64,000 bases of DNA from Eledone cirrhosa (taxonomy: Eukaryota): NCBI GenBank assembly GCA_964016885.1, contig OZ024742.1, positions 329,406,001 through 329,470,000 on the forward strand, in the 5' to 3' direction. How positions within the stretch are numbered: position 1 is the stretch's first letter; each line of letters starts with the position of its first letter. A program made the position numbers and the translations under genes. Shown piece by piece: positions 13,835 through 26,700 of the stretch. The notes beneath the pieces were generated by a model. That model had not been told where the DNA came from, did no database searches, and worked only from the letters and a program-made list of their open reading frames with translations.

Positions 13835-15060
13835 CAAATAATTGTTTCATTTAATGGCCAAAAGAATGCAGCCAGAAGATCTTCATTATAGACTCCGTCG
13901 ATAGCCGGATCCATCCAATACCCGACAACAGATTTTCGACATATTTCCACAATTCAGCATTGAAAATTCCAGATACCAGGCGTCCAGTCTTAGTTTCTAT
14001 TTGACCCCGAAATGCATCTCAGTCAAAAAGACGAGCTGCGGAAAGACCTGTCTCACAAACGGCGACCACACCTGTTCACCGTTTAGCTAAAAGATAAGGA
14101 GATGCGGCAGTCTCAGGGTATGTTTGCGCATCATTAGCCTCGGCCTGAATAGCCCTCCACACAGAGGGTACTGGCTGCAGATGGACCCCCTCCCCAATTG
14201 AACCTGTCCCTTCAACATGTGGTTGAAGAAGAGCCGTTCCAATTTGGCTACCCTGTTCGTAAGCTCGTCATAATTGTTATCTACTGGAGGACGAGTCCGA
14301 GCAACATTACCAGTCCATTCCTCCAGCGCCCTATGACGCTGTTGAACAGTATAGACATATAATATAGTCCGATTTACAGGGATCCTCCAAGTGTTTTATG
14401 GCAAGGGCCTCGGTTTTGAAAGGCACTCGAGATCGGGCCGAACTGAAATGAACTGAAATGTATCCATACAATTAGCCTCCTTTGAATTGTTGCTATTGCT
14501 TCGGCCTTGATGTTTACGTTGGCCCTGGATTTTTTACTTTTTTAATTTATATTCCATGCCTGGGTCAAATGTTCTTTTTTTGTCTGAAATATTCACATGA
14601 ATGAATGGTCTTGATTTTGCAAAGGTAGCTGCGAATGTACTGATGTTGTTCGTTCTGTTGTTGTACGTCACAGTGTCGTTGCTGTAGCCTGTTCTTGTTG
14701 TTTTGTTCGTCTTGTTTCCATCGTCCTTCCTCTCATTGAACATGTTGTTGCTGTTACTGTTGTTGTTGATCTTGAATTTGTTGTTCATCATGGTGTTAAC
14801 ATTTGGGTTGTCGCTGTCGTCTGTGTTAGGTCTAATCTTGTTTTTCATTTCAGTTTTTTCAGATGTTGTTGTGGTGGCGGTGGTAGTGGTGTTGGTGATG
14901 GTGGTGGTGGTGGTGGTGGTTATGTTGCCATATGTTTTGGCCGCGCGTACTGTTGTTTTGGGGAGAGCAGCGGCTTTCACAGTGATAAAAAAATGGCGTA
15001 ACCTGGAAGTCCGCTTAGTTTGCGTGAGTTAAAATTTGGTTGCTGCTGCTGCAGTCAATA
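13835..15060 (-). mobile_element. Possible internally deleted L1/Tx1-like LINE remnant
   Basis: Low-complexity ORF1-like segment (14534-14980), GVVAVCET (AP-endonuclease-like, ~14050-14073) and AELWKYVENLLSG (ORF2 C-terminus-like). (CTA)n at the 3' end. Confidence 0.4.
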
Positions 15061-15359
15061 ATTTCAGAATTTCGGCTGTACCACTCTACTGACTCCCCCC
15101 CCCCCTCATTCAATATATCTGATGCAACATCCTTGTCCGCCATCTTAATGTTCACTGAGGACACCAGGTAGTGTTAAACTATCCAGCTCACGCCGATAAT
15201 GGTTGGCTTAAACTCAAAATAATAGCAAAATTCCAATGCAAATTGTTGAGTAACTGAGAAAATAGGACAAACTTACATGAGCGATATGAAACACGTCTTG
15301 AAAGACTGAACAACATAGACGCTACTACTATTACCACTACTACTACTACTACTACTATG

Positions 15360-15425
<66 letters not shown>

Positions 15426-15661
15426 GCTACTACAGGAAATAAAAATGATAATAAAACAATATAATAATAATGAGAATAATAATAATAGATGCCACTGAAA
15501 TGCGATACGTTGTGGCGATGAACACGATTTCCTATTATGAATTGACATGCTTTTAATTTCCATCAGAACTCGAGATGAATATGAATTTCTGTGTGTATTA
15601 GTGTGTTTACATCTTTTTTTTTATATAAACGTATGTCTATGTGCTTCTAAGGTTATGTTTT

Positions 15662-15694
<33 letters not shown>

Positions 15695-16611
15695 CTTTTG
15701 TGTGTGTGTATGTATATATGCATATCTACATAAATATGCGTATACATATAGATATGTACGAGTCTATATATGTATATGTGTGTGTGTGGGGGGGGGGGGG
15801 ACTGCATGCGAGAAAGGGACAACGAGTGTGTATGTGTGCACGCATGTTTGTGTATATAGGTTACTCTACTGCGTGACTATCAGTTGATTCCGTAAGATTA
15901 TAAAATATTCAGATAAACAAACATGAATCCAGCCACTATCTTAATCACTTACAATGGACCACCATCCCCCAACCAGCACAAGCACTACCATCACCACCAC
16001 CATCACCACCAAGAATAGCAACAACAATAAAAGCAAAAATAAAAAAAACAAGTTACGTCTCAAACAGAACTGTCCTCATAGTATGCAACAATAACAACTG
16101 CAGCAGTAGCAATCATACCATCAATAACCATGTTGCTATCGTCACTGATTAAATGTCGATTATAATGTGACTTAAATATATAGTGGAGGTAAAGAAACAA
16201 TTATTGAAATAGAAAGATAATATAACTTATACAGATAAAATAATGAAATATAGTCACATCCATATTCCTCAGTTCCTACACGCATAGATATACATCCTAA
16301 CTTCAGCAACATCAATATTAAGAATAACATAAACGGCTACTACACCAAGTATATAATGCCGAAACAAAATAAACACCGAGCAAATAATGAAAGCGGTCAA
16401 TAAACATGATAGGACGAGACGTGCCTCGATTCGGTTATTTGTTAGTTCAGCCATTTTAACTTCACAGCTGGACCCAGCCAATCGCGCTATGCATCTTCTA
16501 TTGCAATAACATGCACACGTTTTAGGTTATAGATAATTCCTCGGTAGTGAGGGCTAGATTCTGCATGCTCCTCTACTGCCAACCCCGCACATTCACATAG
16601 ACACATGCGTG

Positions 16612-16762
<151 letters not shown>

Positions 16763-16975
16763 GTGCGTGTGTGAGTGAGTGCGCGCGCGCGCGCGCGTGT
16801 GTGTATGCTACTGTGCGTGTGTGTGTATGTGTCATTGTCTGTATGTATAGATATGAATGTGTATATACATATATACACATGTGTTTATATATATATATAC
16901 GCACACATAAATCTCTCTTTCTCGCTCTCTCTCTCTATTTCTCATTCTCTCTCTCTCTCTCTCGCTCTCTCTCTC

Positions 16976-17040
<65 letters not shown>

Positions 17041-17418
17041 GTGTGTGCGTGTTTGTGTGTGTGATGTGGATGTGTGTGATACATACGTGTATGTGTGTAT
17101 TTTTGCGCTGTAGACGAAGAAGGAAATTCACATTTTTCCCTTGTGTTATTTTACAATTATTATGATTGTATTTCATTTATTTGCTTCATTTATTTGTTGA
17201 GTATATATATATTTTTTATATTTTAAAATATTATCTTGGAATGTTTACCTGTTTACAATCTTGTTGACTGGCATTTATGTACAAAACACAACACTGATAT
17301 CATATTAGAACTGACAATACAAGACAGCGACATGTTTCTTTTAATTTACATATAACACTCAATACTTGCATGCTCCATATGACAATTTTCCCTCTCTGTC
17401 TCACTGTTTACATACATA

Positions 17419-17456
<38 letters not shown>

Positions 17457-18039
17457 ACATATGTATATATATATATATAATATAAGTAACATAGTTCAAG
17501 GAAACAGCGAAGCAAAGGTACAAACATTCTTATTTATGCCATGCTTTATATGATAGGGGGGAAAGCAATACCCCCCCCCCTAGAACATGTGTACATGTAT
17601 AAAGAAAATGATATACATGTAACTGTTTAAGGTCCGTGACCTGAACAATCTGGTACGTTTAATTTGTGACTTAACAATATATGCAACGAATTTATCTGCC
17701 CTAGGTGTGGGCAAGATACTCACCAAGAAATAGAAAGAAAACCGAAGGAAGATGTAAAACTCAAATAATAACAATGATAATAATAACAATACAAATCATA
17801 ATAATAATAGTAATATTTGCTCTTTATCACATCCTAATAGCCATCCTTGTATTTTTCATATTTGCACATTGAAGAACTGTCCGCACATTCCATATACAAA
17901 TGTAGAAAAACATAAGAGAATAAAACAACTCCAAGCACGCGTGTGACGCGTGTATTACATGTTTTCACATAATCTCTGACAGATATCTAAGAATGCATTG
18001 TGCATTCGTTTCTTCATTCTATTTACTAATTACATCATT

Positions 18040-19890
18040 TAGCAATTCACAACGCTAGACTTGGCAGGCATCCATCTATGTCCACTATATTGTTTATCAG
18101 CGACCACGGAGCAGGTTTCAGGTGTGTGTGTTTGTGGACTGATAAAAAGAAGAGTGCGCAAATATATGTAGACACGATATATTTCTTTATATACACATAC
18201 CCACGCACACACCGACATATATATATATGGCAACTTAAGCATGATAAAGTTGGATATTCCATGGTTTGGAATATAGTCTCAAAAGGGATTCCTTTTAATT
18301 CCTCTTCTGAGACTTGTGACCTCTGCGCGCAGGAGATATTATTTATATTAAAATCTAAAAATTCCTTTAATTTACGAACCAATTTATTCAGCTGTTGCAG
18401 ACATAGATTGAACTCAACATTTAAATATAAATATAAATTTAAAATGTAGTATAAAATGTAGTATATTTACTTAAGGTATTTGACTATTTGTGATACTTGG
18501 CGATAAATCTTTCGATTCCTTAAATTTTTTTAAAAACCTTTCCGCATGAATATATAATTAATGAGATTAAATAAACTACCCTAAAATTGGCGTTGTTCCC
18601 AATCTTTTGAATACATTTTTAAGCTGGATAAACTTCTATAATAAATATAAGAGCATTTGTAGAATAAGTTTTGAATGATTTCTGATAAATAAGGCTTGGT
18701 GAGCAATTTTGGTCTTGTTTGCTTTTGACTCTGATTCTATGACCGATATGCGTGGCATACTATGTTCTCTTGCGTCCCTAGATACTCTGTGGAGTGACGA
18801 AGATATTCTTGGCGTTTTTAATTTTAATATTGATATCTGTTGTCTACTCTATGCTTGATCGATGATTATTTTAGATGTTGATGTATATCTTATATGTTTT
18901 GTGTCTATATATATGTATATATGTATGTAAATGTATGTAGGGTGGAATCTTTTCTAACGCATTGAAGTTTTTCTTTTCTGACACATTGATGTTTTTCATG
19001 AAATATAAGAATCAGTGCAGCGTATCACCTAGGTTCACATGTGCGTCTATATTTATCAACTTTAATTTGAGATAACCTTCTCTTTTCTCATTTTTCACGA
19101 GAATGCATATATACTTGTTTGAAGTTTTGTCTCAGATTTTGCTTATAGACCTAAGAATTTTTAAACTGAGCATGTGGTCATTTTTTTTTTACACATTATA
19201 GATATGTGTCTCATTCATGAATACTGATATTTACATTATAATGCCTAATTCATAAAAATTGATAATTCAAATGGATGAGACATAATATATTTTTAATATA
19301 TTTTAAACATATCATCTTTCTTTCTTTTTCTTCTATACACTAATCTAACTGTATCCCTTCCCTTAACCTCTCCAAGATATACGATGATCATCTGTCAAAA
19401 AGCAGCCTACTATGTTTTTTTGTTTTTTTCACCATCAATGTATTTCTCTCTATCCTTGTCTCTCTATCTCGCTCCGTTGTTTTTCTTTACATACATCTCT
19501 TTCTCTTTCTCTTTACATACATCTCTTCATCTTCTTCTTTTTTATTTACATACATCTCTTCATCTTCTTCTTCTCATCTTCGTTTTCTTTCTATATAACT
19601 ATCATAACAGTTTCACTACCAAATCAACTTTTTAAAAGGAAGTTGCATTATTGCAAGGTATGTCACTAATTATTTATAAAACAGCTTATGTATTGTATTT
19701 TGTCTGAGGAAGGCATAACATATTTTTAATATGATATCCCAGAAATATATATAACGAAATAAATATGGTTTTATAAATATAGTTTCCATTTGTTTAATAT
19801 CGTAAACCTACTCCAGAAACTGTTGAGTGCTTTTATATCAGTTATAAAATATTTACTCGTTGTAACCCAACAATCTTAAATAAAACTTTT
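18040..19890 (+). mobile_element. Naiad-like PLE 3' remnant: endonuclease C-terminus, ~1.3 kb 3' UTR, hammerhead
   Basis: YIWQLK...WNIV...CDLCAQE...N.RTNLFSCCRH is homologous to the C-terminus of 2845-3798. Ends in (TA)n. Continuity across the UTR is inferred. Confidence 0.7.
19697..19760 (+). ncRNA. Minimal type I hammerhead ribozyme
   Basis: ATTTTGT-CTGAGGA-imperfect stem II-GAAA-TATATA-TA-ACGAAAT. Confidence 0.7.
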
Positions 19891-19925
19891 GCATATATAT
19901 ATATACATATATATGGGGTGGGGGA

Positions 19926-19958
<33 letters not shown>

Positions 19959-19980
19959 AAAGTGTGTGTGTATGTATATG

Positions 19981-20166
19981 CGTGGATTGGCAGTATCAGT
20001 AGAGGTTCGGACGCCATGCTGTGCAGCAAGAATTACGGCCCTTTATGGTGTGAGTTCAAATCCCGCCGAAGTTAACGTTGCCTTTCATCCTTACAGGGTC
20101 GATGAAATAAAGTACCAGTAATACACTGGAATAATTGCTGGCATTGTGCCAAAAGTAGAAATAATT
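19981..20166 (+). mobile_element. SINE family A
   Basis: Aligns with 4378-4562. Confidence 0.88.
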
Positions 20167-20191
20167 ACTATTATTATAATAGAAGGGCGAA

Positions 20192-20345
20192 CAATTTGTT
20201 TCTACGTTTGGCACAAGGCCAGCAATTACCTCAGTGCATTACTTGTACTAAATTATATCGACCCGGTAAGGATCAAAGGTGAAGTTAACTTCGGTGGAAT
20301 TTGAACTCAGACCGTAAAGAGCCGTAACTCTATGCTGCAAAGTAT
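20192..20345 (-). mobile_element. SINE family A, 5'-truncated, inverted relative to its neighbour
   Basis: Reverse complement of the family A core and tail. Confidence 0.85.
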
Positions 20346-20440
20346 AATTGAATAACATCACCTACATTGCTTTCTTTAAGTATTGAACACTAAGCGGAAT
20401 GTTTGTGTTTGTGCGTGTCTGTCTGCCTGCCTCTCTGTCA

Positions 20441-20512
<72 letters not shown>

Positions 20513-21134
20513 AAGTGTGTGTATATATATATATATATATATAAGTGTGTATATATATATATATTTATATATTCATATATATAATTTATGTGTGTTCATA
20601 CATAATATAGCGAATTATTTTATTTATGCCTCTCTATTCTGCTATTATTGGAATATTTGGTCGGACTATAGACCCAACGTGTTCATGTTTATTGAAGCGA
20701 AACCCATACTAAAACATAATCAGAAATATTTTAAATTTGCGGAAACATCTAATGAACCACTCTCCCTGTAAACGGCTTTTAAAATATACTGACCCTTGAG
20801 AGATATGTTCTTGCATTGAAACATGCATGACCGTAGGGACACGTATCTGTTTACACACCTCTATATATTAAAATGATATATATATATATATATATATATG
20901 TATGCACTTGTCAGTACAAATATACATTATAGACACATCTCGCATTATAGATATCGTCATGTCTTTAATAATCTTTCAAATACAACTACAGATAATTCAA
21001 AACAATCGGACACATAATGTAAAGCAATGTTTTTAACTTATACACAGTCTGTACACAGATGAAAACACACATATACTCACTTAGTACAATAAACTTCACC
21101 ACACCACTCTACAAATACACCACATTGATATATA

Positions 21135-21164
<30 letters not shown>

Positions 21165-21165
<1 letters not shown>

Positions 21166-21544
21166 TTATTAAAATACAAGATTAAAGTTTAAGCAAAGAA
21201 TCGGTGCTTTCACCGTTAACGGGATCTTCTGAAACTATGAAAGTCAATCTGTGAACGCAGAAGTGAATATTTCAAAAACTGTTTGCCAGTGAACGTTTCC
21301 ACGAACCAAAGTATCGTCTTCCTGTCTTCCTCCGGTTGCAACGTTTTTTGAAATATCCAGTTCTGCGTTTACAGATTGACCTTGTTAGTTTCAGAAGATC
21401 CCGTTAAGGGTGAAAGCAGCGATTATTTGCTTAAACTTTAATTTGTTATTTTAATAAATATTTGCTCCACGGTTCTTATGTATTTGATATATATTTATCC
21501 TTATCGAGCCCTCTTTGGAATTTAGTCTTCAAATTTACTATTAT

Positions 21545-21545
<1 letters not shown>
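21165..21545. mobile_element. Fold-back mini-element family F1 with ~70-bp spacer
   Basis: 21165-21276 is inverted against 21346-21460; the right arm continues to (TA)n. Confidence 0.8.
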
Positions 21546-21600
<55 letters not shown>

Positions 21601-21604
<4 letters not shown>

Positions 21605-21802
21605 AAGTATGACCCCGACGGCAGAGCTCAACCCGTTTCGACGGCTATTTCTGGACTAACATTAGTCCAGAAAATGCCGTCGAAACGGCTTGAGTTCGGC
21701 CGTCGGGGGTCATACTTTCTCCTATTACCCACTCTACTACCCTAAGTATTGAGTACTCTGGTGCGTTATGGTCCATCTGGTTCCTTACCACAACTCCTTC
21801 CT
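21601..21802. mobile_element. Fold-back mini-element family F2
   Basis: 21601-21721 is an imperfect palindrome centred on ctggactaa-ca-ttagtccag. The tail ctactaccctaagtattgagtactctggtgcgttatgg recurs at 22385-22468 (-), 52272-52445 (-) and 54219-54346 (+). Confidence 0.8.
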
Positions 21803-21808
21803 TATATA

Positions 21809-21879
<71 letters not shown>

Positions 21880-21885
<6 letters not shown>

Positions 21886-22338
21886 GGTTATGCACGAGTG
21901 CATTAATGTTTTCCAGGAGACAGTGTTATGTACCGTGTAGTGGAATGTCAGCTTATAACAGAGTGGTGTTCAACGAAATGCAGAAAAAAGGTGTATATTC
22001 CAGTTTAGCTATATTCCGGGGCGTGTATAAAGAATTAAAAAGAACAGAATGATGCAGTAAAAGTGATTTATTCGGTTCTTACGTACGTTTCAATAGACAT
22101 CTATTTGCCTAGATCTCGCTACATCTATAATATTATATATTTAGTAGAGCATTCGATATCCAATGCACAATCGATCCCATATCTGATGATATGGGATCGA
22201 TTGTGCATTGGATATCGAATGCTCTACTAAATATATAATATTATAGATGTAGCGAGATCTAGGCAAATAGATGTCTATTGAAACGTACGTAAGAACCGAA
22301 TAAATCTCTTTTACTGCATCATTGTGTTCTTTTTAATT

Positions 22339-22345
<7 letters not shown>
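21880..22345. mobile_element. Fold-back element with ~160-bp near-perfect arms, axis on a hammerhead core
   Basis: 22026-22183 is inverted against 22188-22345. CTGATGA at 22183-22189 and GAAA-CGTACG-TA at 22280-22291. Confidence 0.85.
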
Positions 22346-22388
<43 letters not shown>

Positions 22389-22729
22389 ATCAAAGAAGAT
22401 GTGGTAAGATACCAGATGGACTATAATGCACCTGAGCATACGATACCTAGGGTAGTAGAGTGGGTAATATATATATATATACATATATGTATATACATAC
22501 ATACATATATATAATGTAGAAAGTCATATATATAATAGGAATAAACAATGCAATATCGACGGTAAGTTGAAGGCAACGAAAACAATAGTTACCTGGTAAA
22601 CTTGGAACGATTAGAGAAACAAATGTTCTCTTCTCTCTGAAATTAGATTTTGATTTATATTTCATAAAACTCTTTCAAACGTTGTTTGATGTTACCTTAA
22701 CTATTAATGAGAAGCTGGAGGATGAGGTC

Positions 22730-23025
22730 ACTCCTTCACCTGCCATCCACCCACGTAGTCTATGGTGTCCGGTGATCCATTTCCTTATTCATTGGACAAG
22801 CAGAACGCCGTTTGGTGGGCCTTTTTGATGAACATATGAGACATATAACTTGGTATGCATAGCCCCACAGTTTATCATTTCGATTCCCGGGCCACTCCTC
22901 CCTACATGTCTCAGGCCTTGGTGTCATTTTACATCACGGATCACAGCTCATACGTACCAGGATTTGAAGAGTCTCATACTCGGGCTTTGGGACCAATTTC
23001 CACAAAGGACTCAACTCCCCTCCCT
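22730..23025 (+). pseudogene. Neptune-like GIY-YIG endonuclease fragment
   Basis: FTC..THVVYGVR*..LFIGQAERRLVGLFDEHMRHI...HF...GL...LGT..GLN pattern, with stops and frameshifts. Confidence 0.65.
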
Positions 23026-23757
23026 AATATATTTTTATTTACACACATACGCTTGTGCTTACTTCTAAAAGCACTTGGCGCTGTCACCTTTACCCCGTCC
23101 ATTGTCGCATACACACACACACACGAGTATATTCACACCTAGGTTCATATGGTTGTGTTGTACGTTGAAATATACCCTCTTACATATGATACAGACCAGC
23201 AGAAAAAGCATCCAAACCTATATATTTACCTTTACAGCTCTGTACACACATACACACACAAACACGCACACACACACACACAGGCCCTGATATACACATA
23301 TTCGCTCAATGCTTCGTACGTACAAATACAGACACATATCTTCTGAGCTTCTTACGGACGTATAACAACAAACACACATACACGTATCGCACGCGCGCAC
23401 GTATAGATCTATATACAAAACAATTTTTTCTTTCAGTTAGATGCACTTCATCACTATATTTTCAAAAAGTATATCATACACAAAATGCCTGCATCAACAA
23501 TTTCCTAAAAGCTGGCAACATGAACGGACCTGTTATTTTTTTCTAAAAATCTTTTTCCGCCATGCCCGTCTCCTCAATATTTCGATTTCTTCTTTAATTT
23601 CACATACTATTTTGTGATAAAGGAATACCATCCGAAACGTTAAGGACCGTTCCCTACTATATCAAGCGTAAAACTATTAATATATTTCTTTATTGAGCTG
23701 TGTCATTTGGTATGTTTTCATTATGGCTTTTGCCATATATATATATACATATATATA

Positions 23758-26700
23758 TAAACAATTAAGTTAAAAATGTACATCCACATATGTATACTGA
23801 AATACTAGTATGCATATGAATACACACACGTATACATATGTAGATGTACCGAGTTTTTCACTGGTCACTTTACTGTGAGTGTCCAGCTATTCTGTATGTA
23901 AACACACAGACAAGCCGGTTTTTCGAGTCATACTGGTTTTTGAGGAAACACCTTTCCTCTATTCTCCAGAAAGCCAGACAAGGAATATTGAACTAGTTTC
24001 GATGTTGTTACATCTCATCAGCAATATTTACCTATCTTCCGGCCTTTCTAGAGAATCGTAAAAGCACATATCGTTATATGCTTTTTCTATGAAAATTAGT
24101 AGTGGGCAGACTAATTTGCATAGAGCGTGAGTACGTACCGGTTCAACGGAGACGATAAAAACAAATAACGAAACGAAATTAAATTTCGTTTCGTTTGTAA
24201 CTCACTTTTGTATGACTGACGCTTAAACAATTAAGTTAAAAATGTACATCCACATATGTATACTGAAATACTAGTATGCATATGAATACACACACGTATA
24301 CATATGTAGATGTACCGAGTTTTTCACTGGTCACTTTACTGTGAGTGTCCAGCTATTCTGTATGTAAACACACAGACAGACCGGTTTTTCGAGTCATACT
24401 GGTTTTTGAGGAAACACCTTTCCTCTATTCTCCACAAAGCCAGACAAGGAATATTGAACTAGTTTCGATGTTGTTACATCTCATCAGCAATATTTACCTA
24501 TCTTCCGGCCTTTCTAGAGAATCGTAAAAGCACATATCGTTATATGCTTTTTCTATGAAAATTAGTAGTGGGCAGACTAATTTGCATAGAGCGTGAGTAC
24601 GTACCGGTTCAACGGAGACGATAAAAACAAATAACGAAACGAAATTAAATTTCGTTTCGTTTGTAACTCACTTTTGTATGACTGACGCTTAAACAATTAA
24701 GTTAAAAATGTACATCCACATATGTATACTGAAATACTAGTATGAATATGAATACACACACGTATACATATGTAGATATACCGAGTTTTTCACTGGTCAC
24801 TTTACTGTGAGTGTCCAGCTATTCTGTATGTAAACACACAGACAAACCGGTTTTTAGAGTCATACTGGTTTTTGAGGAAACACCTTTCCTCTATTCTCCA
24901 GAAAGCCAGACAAGGAATATTGAACTAGTTTCGATGTTGTTACATCTCATCAGCAATATATACCTATCTTCCGGCCTTTCTAGAGAATCGTAAAAGCACA
25001 TATCGTTATATGCTTTTTCTATGAAAATTAGTAGTGGGCAGACTAATTTGCATAGAGCGTGAGTACGTACCGGTTCAACGGAGACGATAAAAACAAATAA
25101 CGAAACGAAATTAAATTTCGTTTCGTTTGTAACTCACTTTTGTATGACTGACGCTTAAACAATTAAGTTAAAAATGTACATCCACATATGTATACTGAAA
25201 TACTAGTATGCATATGAATACACACACGTATACATATGTAGATGTACCGAGTTTTTCACTGGTCACTTTACTGTGAGTGTCCAGCTATTCTGTATGTAAA
25301 CACACAGACAAGCCGGTTTTTCGAGTCATACTGGTTTTTGAGGAAACACCTTTCCTCTATTCTTCAGAAAGCCAGACAAGGAATATTGAACTAGTTTCGA
25401 TGTTGTTACATCTCATCAGCAATATTTACCTATCTTCCGGCCTTTCTAGAGAATCGTAAAAGCACATATCGTTATATGCTTTTTCTATGAAAATTAGTAG
25501 TGGGCAGACTAATTTGCATAGAGCGTGAGTACGTACCGGTTCAACGGAGACGATGAAAACAAATAACGAAACGAAATTAAATTTCGTTTCGTTTGTAACT
25601 CACTTTTGTATGACTGACGCTTAAACAATTAAGTTAAAAATGTACATCCACATATGTATACTGAAATACTAGTATGCATATGAATACACACACGTATACA
25701 TATGTAGATGTACCGAGTTTTTCACTGGTCACTTTACTGTGAGTGTCCAGCTATTCTGTATGTAAACACACAGACAGACCGGTTTTTCGAGTCATACTGG
25801 TTTTTGAGGAAACACCTTTTCTCTATTCTCCACAAAGCCAGACAAGGAATATTGAACTAGTTTCGATGTTGTTACATCTCATCAGCAATATTTACCTATC
25901 TTCCGGCCTTTCTAGAGAATCGTAAAAGCACATATCGTTATATGCTTTTTCTATGAAAATTAGTAGTGGGCAGACTAATTTGCATAGAGCGTGAGTACGT
26001 ACCGGTTCAACGGAGACGATAAAAACAAATAACGAAACGAAATTAAATTTCGTTTCGTTTGTAACTCACTTTTGTATGACTGACGCTTAAACAATTAAGT
26101 TAAAAATGTACATCCACATATGTATACTCAAATACTAGTATGAATATGAATACACACACGTATACATATGTAGATGTACCGAGTTTTTCACTGGTCACTT
26201 TACTGTGAGTGTCCAGCTATTCTGTATGTAAACACACAGACAAACCGGTTTTTAGAGTCATACTGGTTTTTGAGGAAACACCTTTCCTCTATTCTCCAGA
26301 AAGCCAGACAAGGAATATTGAACTAGTTTCGATGTTGTTACATCTCATCAGCAATATTTACCTATCTTCCGGCCTTTCTAGAGAATCGTAAAAGCACATA
26401 TCGTTATATGCTTTTTCTATGAAAATTAGTAGTGGGCAGACTAATTTGCATAGAGCGTGAGTACGTACCGGTTCAACGGAGACGATAAAAACAAATAACG
26501 AAACGAAATTAAATTTCGTTTCGTTTGTAACTCACTTTTGTATGACTGACGCTTAAACAATTAAGTTAAAAATGTACATCCACATATGTATACTGAAATA
26601 CTAGTATGCATATGAATACACACACGTATACATATGTAGATGTACCGAGTTTTTCACTGGTCACTTTACTGTGTGTGTCCAGCTATTCTGTATGTAAACA

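Noticed and set aside
22766-22780. TGA at an expected Cys position, suggesting selenocysteine recoding as reported for some Naiad PLEs
   Set aside because: It is a single codon in a heavily decayed fragment. The Cys motifs of the better-preserved elements (2845, 45975) use TGT/TGC, and I recognised no SECIS.
23612-23650. Hammerhead-like tgataa-gga-atacca-tcc-gaaacgtta
   Set aside because: The core lacks CTGANGA and a clear stem I. At most it is a decayed pLTR of the 22730 fragment.
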